Source: Eledone cirrhosa
Lineage: Eukaryota
DNA: 64,000 nucleotides
Reading direction: 5' to 3'
Assembly: GCA_964016885.1 (NCBI GenBank)
Contig: OZ024741.1
Span: 102,424,001 to 102,488,000, forward strand
The notes beneath the pieces were generated by a model that saw only the letters and a program-made list of their open reading frames with translations, searched no databases and was not told the origin of the DNA. Shown one piece after another: positions 54,150 to 64,000 of this stretch; position 1 is the stretch's first letter, and the number at the start of each line of letters is the position of its first letter. The position numbers were made by a program, and so were the translations under genes.

Positions 54150-54187
54150 CCTTTACCGGTTTCGCAGTTCTTCTGCTTTTCAAAAGG
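54150..54187 (-). ncRNA. Mirror copy of the minimal hammerhead ribozyme
   Basis: Exact reverse complement of 54256-54293 in the left palindrome arm. Confidence 0.7.
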
Positions 54188-54255
54188 TGAGTTGAGATGG
54201 AGGGTCTGTGGTTTTTCTCACATCTGAAAAACCACAGACCCTCCATCTCAACTCA

Positions 54256-54293
54256 CCTTTTGAAAAGCAGAAGAACTGCGAAACCGGTAAAGG
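54256..54293 (+). ncRNA. Minimal type I hammerhead ribozyme (U3-A8 core variant)
   Basis: Stem I CCTT/AAGG; core TTGAAAA (CUGANGA with the C3-G8 pair changed to U3-A8); stem II GCAG-aagaa-CTGC; GAAA; self-complementary stem III ACCGGT; cleavage triplet GUA with predicted cut after 54289. Confidence 0.7.
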
Positions 54294-54429
54294 AACCAAA
54301 TAAATATATATATTTTTTAAAAAAATAAGACTTCAGTTGCATTTTCGATTTCATCCCTTTTTCTTTATACTTCCACTCGTGTAGGACACGTCGGTTATTT
54401 TTCATTTTGTAAAAAAAACCTCACTTTCT

Positions 54430-54477
54430 AATATATATATATATATATAAATATATGTGTGTGTGTGTGTGTGTAAA

Positions 54478-54519
<42 letters not shown>

Positions 54520-54735
54520 TTATTGGCAACATGACCCTCCCAAAGTATAACAATATATATATATATATATCCATGTATATACATATGGATATATATGTTT
54601 ATATGTATATTTATATAAATATGTGCATATAAGTATATACATATATGTATATATAAGTATATATAAATGTATATATATATATATATGTATGTATATATAT
54701 ATATATTTATATATGTATATATATGTATATATATA

Positions 54736-54784
<49 letters not shown>

Positions 54785-54805
54785 GTATATATATGTATAT
54801 ATATA

Positions 54806-54894
<89 letters not shown>

Positions 54895-54920
54895 TTAGAG
54901 AGAGAGAGAAGGAGAGAGAG
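54430..54920. repeat. Long interrupted (TA)n/(TG)n/(GA)n low-complexity tract
   Basis: Read directly; source of the IYIY pseudo-ORFs. Confidence 0.95.
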
Positions 54921-55329
54921 AATCATCATATACGCATGTATATATTGATCATACTGAAGAAACATTCTATGATAGTCTTAAATAGTATTAAAGGTACACT
55001 AGTATAGTAACAGAGGCCGTATTAAATTATTTCTTATATATTTCATTGATTAATTCCAGAGACATTCGTTTATGTTTTCTCTCGGCAACAGACCAATAAT
55101 ATTCTCTTTAACTCTTTCCTCTTTCTAGATCTATAAAAGGTAATATGGAATGGACGCTGAAACGAATACCAATTCTTAAATAGGAAGTAATTGTAAAACG
55201 CATATTAGTTGCTAAGCTGTCTATGATAGGTTTCTCGGATATAGATCAGCATATATCCGCAGGAATGCAGTTTTTACATATTTTGACATCAAATTTGCAA
55301 GCAACATGGTTTTATAGATCTATTATGCC

Positions 55330-55595
55330 GTTGGCTAAATAAAAGCGAAGATCATAATGTCTTCGGTTCGATTCCTGAACAGGCAGCTGCGTTGTCCTCT
55401 TGAGCAAAACACGTTATTTCACGTTGCTCCAGTACACTCAGCTGAGATGAGTACCAACAGTAGCCGGGCAGTTAATCCTGCAATAGAACGTCGCCATTTC
55501 CAGGAGAATCTTGTACTCTCAGTCTCTTAGCGTCAAAGAAACCGAGTAAAAGCACGGGCCTGTTGAACCTTCGGCTTAAAACATATTTTAACTTT
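55330..55595 (+). mobile_element. Decayed tRNA-derived SINE, paralog of 51108-51385
   Basis: B-box GGTTCGATTCC, then blocks shared in the same order with the 51.1 kb copy: CTTGAGCAAAAC, CACGTT(G/A)(C/T)TCCAGTA, GCTGA..ATGAGTA, TTGTACT(C/G)TCAGTCTC, GAAAC, AAGCAC. Confidence 0.7.
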
Positions 55596-56059
55596 TTAAC
55601 TATATAACTTTTGTTTAGAATTCATATCGGTGTACATGAAAACTGTACATAGATTTCTGAATGTTCAATTATATTAATTTATTGGAGAATATATTAAGAA
55701 TATATTTTTCAAAATTAATAAACATTAAGAGAAAAGAAAATAATTAAAAGAACAATGATGAGGATGGAACAAGCTCAACATCCTTGAGTTGACTGTATAT
55801 CCATGCCACTGCCTCCCTCCCCCCTCATGGACAAGATGGTGGAAACATTGCAATAAAGAATAGCAATCGATACCCTCTGCATCAGCCATCTGGCCCAATG
55901 GTAATTCTTTCTCAGGTGTGATGTTTTCCTCTTGACTTTGTGGAGGAATACAACAATTTGGGAACTATGATTACCGGAAGGCTCGATGCCATATATATAG
56001 TTATTTTCCTCTCCTCATTGCCTCGGGCGCCGGCGCTCGGGTTTGTGAAAGAAGTGGAA

Positions 56060-56244
56060 ATAATTGTTTCTACTTTTTGACACAAGGCCAGCAATTACCC
56101 AGTGCATTACTGGCACTTTATTTTATCGATCCCGTAAGGATGAAAGGCAAAGTTAACCTCAGCGGGATTTGAACTCAGAATGGTAAGGGCCGTAACTCTC
56201 TGCGTCAAACAAAGCAAGGCGTCCGACCCTCTACCGATACTGGT
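56060..56244 (-). mobile_element. tRNA-derived SINE with Nin/Deu-like domain (octopus-type), 5' truncated
   Basis: Minus strand has B-box GAGTTCAAATC then CTTTGCCTTTCATCCTTACGGGATCGATAAAATAAAGTGCCAG. Collinear with and highly similar to 62757-62949. Confidence 0.85.
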
Positions 56245-57214
56245 CGTATGAAAATGTATATATCTCATCTTTCTATCTTTTTTAACATTACATAAAATAT
56301 CACTACTGTTAACGCCTACATACTTGTTTTCATTTGAATATTTAATTCCCCGCAAACCGATGTACCATTGATATCGCCTTTACATGAATATATACACAAC
56401 CTTATATATCTGATAAAATAGAAATTTGTTTCAGCAAACAATAATAGTAATTGATCGTAGAAATGGCACCACAGTTATGGCTTGTTTTAAACAAGATCAT
56501 TTTTATTATTACAATTTAAAAAAAATTAATAAGCCCTTCCTATCTTAACAGCATTCACTGCTAAACGGACATTATTTCAACTGAGGTCTTTGTTAAAGCT
56601 ACGTTATTTCCATCTGTGTGCCTGTAACAACAATGAGCCACTCACGTCATTATAGATATGCTGAAAGCATATATAGAATTCGATGTCAATTTCATAACGC
56701 TTTATTTGATATATTTGATTCGATTTGATAATATGTACACTTGCTTGCTTGTTTGCATTGTTTCCAACATATATGTTTATTCGTTATAGTCTGTTTTTAA
56801 ATTATTGTTCACAAACAACAGCAAATCACTCAAACATTAGTTATTGCTTTTATTTTTATGAAATACTAAATGAAAAAGGAATTTATCCATAATAGATCTA
56901 TTAATGTATTTACTAAAACAATAATTGCTATCTAGCTCTATTAACTTGCTACTGGTAAGGATATACAAAAATTGATACCTATACACACATAAATATGCAT
57001 AAACACGTGTATACATACATATATACATACGGACATGCACACATATATTTATGGTCCCGTAACTACTGATATAGTCGTAGGGGCAGCGTATTGGCATACG
57101 GTGTTTCTTGGGCATTTTAAGCCTGGCGGAACCCATCTCTCCCCAAGCCTGAGTAGAGCAGATTTCTCCCAGAGAAAGATAGAAAGTGAGAAAGAGGCAG
57201 AATCGAGCCTACTA

Positions 57215-57345
57215 CCAGCCTGGTACTTTTTTTTATCGACCTTATAGGAAGAAAGGTAAAGATTTGAACTCAGAAAGCAGAGAGCCGGAACGAATACCAT
57301 AAAGCATTCTATCCGACGTCCTAACGACTCTGCCAATTCGCCGCC
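57215..57345 (-). mobile_element. Older copy of a related Nin-domain SINE
   Basis: Minus strand GGCGGCGAATTGGCAGAGTCGTTAGGACG (A-box), GAGTTCAAATC (B-box), CCTTTCTTCCTATAAGGTCGATAAAAAAAAGTACCAG. The 3' part may extend to about 57100. Confidence 0.75.
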
Positions 57346-57398
57346 CCCCCCTCTCTCTCTCTCTCTCTCTCTCCATATATATATATGGAGAGAGATAT

Positions 57399-57825
57399 GT
57401 AAGTGACATAATCACTATTTTAAAACTGATAGCGAATGGTCTTCTAAATGTTTTTAATTAAACATACGGTATATTGCCAAATATACTATATATACATACA
57501 TTCATGTATACATCGCTATTTCAGAGCACCAATACTAATACCTAATATTTGCTGGACCGGCAATCGATCTGTGTAATCGGTTCCTGATTATTACTGGAAT
57601 TCTATAAGAATCCAGCTTTTATGATTTTCGGCAAAGTGAGGTGAGTGCATGGCTTTGATAAACTGATAAACGCCAATCAACGAGAAGCAGCTGCCACCCA
57701 CTCTCCCAGCCTTTGCCAAAAATATAAGTAAGTGACATAGTCACTACTTTAAAACTGATAGCGTATGGTCTTCTAAATGTTTTTAATTAAACATACGGTA
57801 TATTGCCAAATATACTTTACATACA

Positions 57826-57830
<5 letters not shown>
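57399..57830. repeat. About 105-bp direct repeat pair (57399-57506 and 57728-57830)
   Basis: GTAAGTGACATA.TCACTA.TTTAAAACTGATAGCG.ATGGTCTTCTAAATG...ATTAAACATACGGTATATTGCCAAATATACT...TACATACATTCAT occurs twice, about 220 bp apart, with few differences. Confidence 0.9.
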
Positions 57831-57911
<81 letters not shown>

Positions 57912-57921
57912 ATGTATATAT
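57829..57921. repeat. (TA)n microsatellite
   Basis: Read directly from the sequence. Confidence 0.97.
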
Positions 57922-58146
57922 AAAGATTGCAATAATCAAAGTTCAGTTTAAATCATTTATTTGCTTACAATTGTTTCCTCCAAACCGAGGTTTGGATTCT
58001 TCGGAGCAACTATTTAGTGATCTATAACATACTTGACCTCCTTTTCAACACAAGAGACATATAAAACATATGCACATATTGATCCACAGTGGGATGACAT
58101 CCATCAAAATGATATAGCATGGCAATTTACATATAAAGGTTAAAGG

Positions 58147-58184
58147 ATAAAAATAAAAATAAAAATAAAAATAAAAATAAAAAT
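58147..58184. repeat. (ATAAAA)n hexanucleotide repeat
   Basis: About six tandem copies. Confidence 0.9.
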
Positions 58185-58328
58185 GAAGCATTGGCAGTTT
58201 ATGAAGATAAAGCTATAGGAAAGTTTAGAGTAGTCAGTATATGAAACAATCTCACGTGTAGCATGCACGCGTGTCTTATTTATACAGGATTAGAGTGCGT
58301 CAGAATATTATTTGCAGGGTCAGGCAGT

Positions 58329-58330
<2 letters not shown>

Positions 58331-58387
<57 letters not shown>

Positions 58388-58432
58388 TATGTATATGTGT
58401 GTGTGTATGTGTGTGTGTCTGTGTGTGTGTGT
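58331..58432. repeat. Compound (TA)n-(TG)n microsatellite
   Basis: Read directly from the sequence. Confidence 0.95.
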
Positions 58433-58670
58433 ATAAAGATCCCTATGTAAGCACAACCATAGGGTTAGTTATCTTCTTCAGATGAAGGGACAATCTATGA
58501 AACGCGTGTGTTATCTGTGTACAGATGGAATAGTGGAAAGTGTGTTTACACCATTTCACAGCGAGGTTTCTAATGTAAAAACAGTTGTTATATCTACATT
58601 AAATGTATTATAAAATCTTATAATATAAGCTGCGTGTTATGCATAAATGATTACTATTATATATAACATT

Positions 58671-58842
58671 TATGCGTGAGACTATGTGTTTGTCTATATG
58701 TCATTTTACAGGTCTATATGCGTGAGTCAATATGTCGTTGTATAGGTCTATATGATTTTGTACAGGTCTATACGTGTGTGACTATAGATCTTTGTACAGG
58801 TCTATATTGTATATCTATATATCTTTGTACAGTTGTATATGT
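58671..58842. repeat. Degenerate minisatellite with core TACAGGTCTATA
   Basis: Core or near-core recurs at about 58707, 58741, 58761, 58795 and 58828 (mostly 33-34 bp spacing). Confidence 0.75.
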
Positions 58843-59199
58843 GTTGTTGACTTTTGGCTTCAAGTCAGCATTGTTAAGAAGGCCTACGATTATAGCTATA
58901 ACCAATAAATTTGTTGTGTATAATCTTAAATACGCTATCCTGTCCAATGTCTGTTTCCTTGTCGTAAGGCAGTAAAGGGAGGCTTGATGGATATTTGGCT
59001 GATATTCCTAGTAGCTGGATCGTCCTCTTGCTTTGAGTTGGGTTTAGGATGGCAAATTGTAATAATGTATTGTTTAAAGTTAAAACGTAGGTAAAGAGGG
59101 TTATTACAAAATATATACAAGCTCCTGGATGTATAACCTTATCGAATAAATAGCCGAACTGTTACCCCGATGTTGCTAATATTTCATAGTTCTACAGTG

Positions 59200-59385
59200 T
59201 TCTGGCTGCTGTTGATTAATCACACACTAGACCTGATCAAGAGGAATTGTGATCAAGGTATTTCAGCTATGTTCACCATGTCTTAATTATGACGTATATT
59301 TAGGATGATACTATGTGAGGGACATTTGGTTACTAATTCCAGCAGGCTGATCCTTAACATATAGGTAATTTCTGTTGTTGATTAG
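59200..59385. mobile_element. Probable old octopus interspersed repeat (SINE-like) fragment
   Basis: ACCTGATCAAG...TGTGATCAAGGTATTTCAGCTATG and TGAGGGACATTTGGTTACTAATTCCAGCAGG resemble an abundant octopus repeat as recalled; not verified by search. Confidence 0.4.
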
Positions 59386-59413
59386 CGCTTGATAGATTAT
59401 CAAAGGCGCTATA

Positions 59414-59542
<129 letters not shown>

Positions 59543-59826
59543 GGTACATTGAACCTAGGAATAAATTATGCAAAATAAATTTCCCATTTCTGAGACGGTA
59601 TGAAGTGACACGTAGAACGGTTCGCTACTAGTCCTAGTAGGTCAATGAAACACGTAGAGGCAATACATCCATTTGATATCAAGAAATATTAGCTTGAATT
59701 CACAACTTTCTGACCAGTGGTTGGCATATGTATACATACACACATACATACATGTAACTATGTTAGAAACCGACTCTCTATTGGCAAACATTTGTGAAAT
59801 TATAAAACCAGAAGAACATACATACA

Positions 59827-60287
59827 TATATTATTGTAAAGCGTGGAAAAACTACAAGCCAATCTAGCAACATTTTTATCAATGGCCTAACTGTTTCACC
59901 GATATCTGACGAGGAGTGTTGCAGATACCTAAGGTTAGATGAGAATATATCCCATGATAGTATTTGTAACAAAGAACGCGAAACCAGGGAATATTACACC
60001 CGATTAAGAAAAATATGGTCATCTGAAATCTCTGCACACAATAAAACAGTGGCCCACAATGTGTTTGCTAGCCCTGTCCTAACACCAACATTTGGAATAC
60101 TCGATTGGACGGTAGATTCATGTTAAAACCCGAAAAATCCTAAACAGCACCGGAAACTTCCACATCAGCAGTGACATTGAGCGCTTCTACTTGAAATCTA
60201 AGCAGGGAGGTAGAGGCCTAACATCAGTCCAGACAGCATTTGAGTGTCGCATCATATTCCCCCGACAGCATCTGCGAAACCAGATCA
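59827..60287 (+). mobile_element. Decayed reverse-transcriptase C-terminal/thumb fragment of a Dong/R4-like non-LTR retrotransposon
   Basis: Manual translation: YIIVKRGK...INGLTVSPISDEECCRYLRLDENI...NKERETREYYTRLRKIWSSEISAHNKTVAHNVFASPVLTPTFGILDWT, frameshift near 60120, then VKTRKILNSTGNFHISSDIERFYLKSKQGGRGLTSV. The YLG-like, KTRK, FH..SD..R.Y and GGRGL motifs are typical of R4/Dong. Absent from the ORF track. Confidence 0.85.
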
Positions 60288-60444
60288 TACACACACACAC
60301 ACATACATACAGACGTATATATATATACACATGTGTGTGTATATACATATAAATATGCGTATCTGTGTATGTATGCATATACTTGCATATACATGCATAT
60401 GAAAGTATATACACACACACGCACAAATATATATATATATACAC

Positions 60445-60475
<31 letters not shown>

Positions 60476-60530
60476 GGGTGTATGGGCGTGTGTATATACA
60501 GACATGTGTATGCATGGGAGCATGTGTGTA
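60288..60530. repeat. Degenerate (CA)/(TA)/(TG) low-complexity tract
   Basis: Read directly from the sequence. Confidence 0.9.
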
Positions 60531-60808
60531 TTTCTTAATTGTTCCATTACTCTAATCACAGAGATGAAAACCATTTGAAATATAATCCTTACATTTCTCC
60601 TTGAATGGATACATTTTATTATGAAACATTAGGAGTAGAACATTAATTAAATGTCTGATAACCACACCGATATATAATCGGACATTTAGCATCTTGTAAC
60701 AAATAATGTTTCTTTCTTCCACTCCTGAGGATACATACATAATGTTATTGATGTTCAAGGTGCCGGAAAAAGAAAACATTTTTTTTCTCTTTTTAAAATA
60801 ATTCATTC

Positions 60809-60962
60809 ACAGGCATTTTTGTGTGGTCAAGATATTCGCTTCTCAATCACATGTTTCAGCGTTCTGACTCACTCCGTGGCACGTTGTGTGTCTTCTAGCA
60901 TAGTCACGTGTTGACTAAAGAGGTGTGAGTGGAACCCTGTAGACGGAAACTGCAGAAGCGTA
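60809..60962 (+). mobile_element. Decayed octopus-type tRNA-derived SINE
   Basis: TGTGTGGTCAAGA...CAATCACATG...CGTGGCAC...GTGTCTTCTA...TGTGAGTGGA...GTAGACGGAAACTGCAGAAGC matches the layout of a very abundant octopus SINE as recalled. Confidence 0.7.
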
Positions 60963-60991
60963 TCTTCTTCTTCTTCTTCTTCTTCTTCTTC
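60963..60991. repeat. (CTT)n microsatellite
   Basis: About nine copies between the SINE end and the RTE fragment end. Confidence 0.95.
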
Positions 60992-60992
60992 C

Positions 60993-61277
60993 ACACCTCC
61001 TCCTCGTGGTTGGTTTTGCCAAATACATTCTAACCACATGCCCAAAGTAGTGGAGTTGTCATCTTTGAATTCGGAGACGTAGCGGTTCTACCAGGAGAAA
61101 CTCGTTGATTTCCGAGATACACATTCTATCTAGTAACGTTACTCTAAAGACCCCTCGGAGGAACCCATTTCGGTCGCTTGTATTTGCAATCATATTCTTT
61201 CGGTCATTACCCAAGATTTACGACCATAGGTAAGGGTTGGCATGAATACCGAATTTAAAATAGCGAATTTGGATTTT
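60993..61277 (-). mobile_element. Decayed RTE-clade LINE fragment (post-RT C-terminal region)
   Basis: KSKFAILNSVFMPTLTYGRKSWVMTERI*LQIQATEMG, frameshift, FLRGVFRVTLLDRMCISEINEFLLVEPLRLRIQR*QLHYFGHVVRM. This matches the RTE motifs P.LTYG.ESW, EM.FLR and QLRWFGHV.RM, with stops and a frameshift. Confidence 0.85.
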
Positions 61278-62048
61278 ACGCCAGCATCACTACTTCTGAT
61301 TAAAGTTCCAGCAGAGAGCAGGGGAAGCACTTTCCTGATGACAGCCAGAGCTTGAAATGCGCATAGACAGTAGTCCACCGCTGCTTCTACTGTAATCCGG
61401 TAGACGGCACTAACCATCAGCCTTTCATTATTCATAGGTAGGTTTTCCAAATGCTTATTTATTAAACATACCGTATATATTTAGATATACGAAATTCACA
61501 TACTTGTATGTCGGAGCTACAGATGCGAGACAAACCACAAACCCTTAAAAAGATTCCAGTTACATTTTCGATTTCTTTTCCTTATGTATATATATATATA
61601 TATACATATGTGTGTGTGTCTGATGGTAGCTAAGATGCTTCCATAGGCGGTATGCTGGTTGAGCACTCTATGCTCTTACAGAGAAGAGTATGATAGAATA
61701 GAAAACGAAAAATCAGTGATGCATCAGAACTCAATTTATTGTGTGTTACAATTGTTTCCCGGCGGACAGCTCGAGACGCGATCATTGTGTGGATCTGTCT
61801 GATTCTGGACCCGCAGGTTCGACGGACACGTCAAATGATTTCGGAGCATATTCTCTCACTGGGGTATCTGATCCTCTGTTCGGAGTTTGAAAGCCACGAC
61901 AATGCGGGTTTGGACAGAAAATAATTAAATCGTAAGAAACAGGTTTTTTTTTTACCTGAATATATTCGTATGTCTTGATATTTCGCGATTAATATCTGTT
62001 CTTCCGAAGAAAATAAAGGAGCTATTTCAGTGTCCGACGAGCTTTTGA

Positions 62049-62049
<1 letters not shown>

Positions 62050-62089
<40 letters not shown>

Positions 62090-62141
62090 TGTGTGTGTGT
62101 GTGTGTGTGTGTCTGTGTGTGTGTCTGTGTGTGTGTATGTG
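62050..62141. repeat. (TG)n microsatellite
   Basis: Read directly from the sequence. Confidence 0.97.
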
Positions 62142-62756
62142 TCCGTGTCCAGCAAACGAAACCAGAACCTTGTGATGAGTCTAATGCCTTAATAACTAAG
62201 CGACGCATCTTCACTCAATCTGCTGTCGACAGTATTTCGAATAGTTATAATACTTCTCCCCACATTTCTACGTGGAAAAATATCCAGATGTTTGCTAAAA
62301 CATGTATATGCAATTTTCTGGTTTATTACTCAATTTAATTAAAAGACAACCAACACGGTATAACACATGATAAGTGGCTGCACAGCAAAAGAACATCCAT
62401 ACCATATCAGTAAAAAAGAAATGTAGAAAAGTCTAATTATAAATTTGGAGTATAGTAGTAAAAACACACACACACACAAACATATATGGATATGTATGAA
62501 TGCATGCATGTGTTTGTGTATGTGTGTGTGTATGTGTGTGTGTTTGTGTGTGTATGTAAAGTGCAAAAGAAAGAAGTGCGTATTTAATCGCCTTCTGTTT
62601 TGAAATATTTTACATTTTACCTGTATTTTCTTGTTTACTGTTGATGTATAATTCACCTTTATAAGATGTAGAAATAATCAAACAATTTTCCGCATGATTG
62701 ATTATGAATATCATAATTATTTATTCAAGCCGGTGTAAAACAATGCAAAAGATATA

Positions 62757-62949
62757 ATAACTGTTTCTACTTTTGGCACAAGGCCAGCAATTATCCCAGT
62801 GCATTACTGGTACTTTATTTTATCGACCCCGTAAGGATGAAAGGCAAAGTCAACCTCGGCGAGATTTGAACTCAGACCATAAAGGGCCGTAACTCTTTGC
62901 TGCAAAGCATGGTGTCCGACCCTCTACCGATACTGCCAATCCACCGCCC
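62757..62949 (-). mobile_element. Near full-length tRNA-derived SINE with Nin/Deu-like domain (octopus-type)
   Basis: Minus strand GGCGGTGGATTGGCAGTATCGGTAG (A-box), GAGTTCAAATC (B-box), GCCGAGGTTGACTTTGCCTTTCATCCTTACGGGGTCGATAAAATAAAGTACCAG, ending GGCCTTGTGCCAAAAGTAGAAACAGTTATT. Confidence 0.88.
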
Positions 62950-63639
62950 TTAAGATATAATAACACCAACAAATAAACGACAAAACAAAACATCGATAAT
63001 CTGCATCGACAAATTTTCTGATTCAATAAAGAAAAGAAAACTAAGGGTCACTTGTAATTGTAAGGAACACGTTTGAAGTAAAAAGTATACAAATTGGATT
63101 TGGAATAGAAACCGTGTCGTAGATTTGGTTCGCTCGATACATTGATATTAATTTCTTACGTGTACAGAAGTCATTAAAACATGTTGATGTGAAGATGGAA
63201 TGAAAGTATCAGACTTGAAAAAATATTAAGTACCGGGATCGATATGATCAAGGAAAACCCCTTCAAAGTGGTTTCCAAGCAGTCGGTGTCTAATAATTGA
63301 AGCAAGTATTCTGAAAGTATATATATATATATAATGAAAAAATTTGAACAGGGACAAAACAGAGAGGCAGTACAACGAATGTTTATTAATTTCACGCTCT
63401 GGAGAATGGGATGTTGGTGGGGGACGACGTTCCGGGCATAAGCCCTTCCTCAGGTGATAAGTGTGTGGGAACAGAGTTCAAAGGGTGTGTAGGGGAGTGG
63501 TGGAGAGACATATAGCGAAAGGAAACGGTGCGAATGAAAAAATAAAAAATAAAGATAAAAATAAAGATAAAGCATGATCAAAATACAAGGAATGAGATAA
63601 ATTTAAATGTAAAGGCATGATCAAAATAAACTGAAATTA

Positions 63640-64000
63640 AAAGGGGGGTAAAGGGTGTGGGGTGTGTAGGGGTGGTGGCGGCTGGAGTGGGGAGAGGGAG
63701 ACGGGGTGTCCGAGCGGGGAGGGCTGAAGGTGGTGTGTGTGTGTAGGTGTGCGTGTGTGTGTGCGTGTGTGTATGTGAAAGTAAGGGTTGGGGGAAGAAC
63801 GGGGTTGCATGTTCAGGAAGAGGTGTGTGTGTGTGTGGGGGGGGTCGGAGTGTCTGTGCGTGTGTGGATAGAGGGGTGGGGGGAGAGGAATCAGGAGGCT
63901 GAGGGTGTAAATATGTGGTGGAAAGCACGTGTATGTGGGGTTTAAGCGTGTTGTGGGTGTAGGTGGCGTGTGGAGAAAAAAATTTGTTTGGGGTGTGTGT
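63640..64000. repeat. G/T-rich low-complexity region with many G runs
   Basis: Interrupted (GT)n with GGG-GGGGGGGG runs; source of the P/T/H-rich pseudo-ORF. Confidence 0.85.

Noticed and set aside
54563-54596. Near-palindrome ATATATATCCATG...TATGGATATATAT
   Set aside because: Mostly self-complementary TA repeat with too little information to call an element.
55229-55262. Hairpin CGGATATA...TATATCCG followed by GAAAC on the minus strand
   Set aside because: No upstream CUGANGA-like core, and a short hairpin is expected by chance in AT-rich DNA.
56107-57336. ORFs overlapping 56107-56355 and 57035-57336
   Set aside because: Chance frames through SINE copies with no recognisable domain.
63578-64000. 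Pro/Thr/His-rich ORF or telomeric repeat
   Set aside because: Low-complexity G/T tract with no tandem TTAGGG array; the amino-acid bias follows base composition.

Overview
Eukaryotic, gene-poor, repeat-dominated window. The SINE families and dense (TA)n/(CA)n tracts suggest an octopod cephalopod; this is recalled from memory, not a database hit. Bases 1-50427 are one head-to-tail satellite array of a 67-bp unit (about 750 copies, truncated by the window start) with nested higher-order duplications of 5 to about 79 units. The remaining 13.6 kb is AT-rich and holds microsatellites, tRNA-derived SINE copies and three decayed non-LTR retrotransposon fragments (two RTE-like, one Dong/R4-like). The most interesting signal is a cluster at 52.8-54.4 kb of three unrelated microsatellite-anchored inverted repeats with the same asymmetric architecture. 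The youngest is a perfect 144-bp-arm palindrome. Each of its arms carries a minimal type I hammerhead ribozyme fold with a compensatory U3-A8 core in place of C3-G8, consistent with Penelope-like element (PLE) termini. No host protein-coding gene is supported; the supplied ORFs are microsatellite read-throughs, transposon remnants or chance ORFs.
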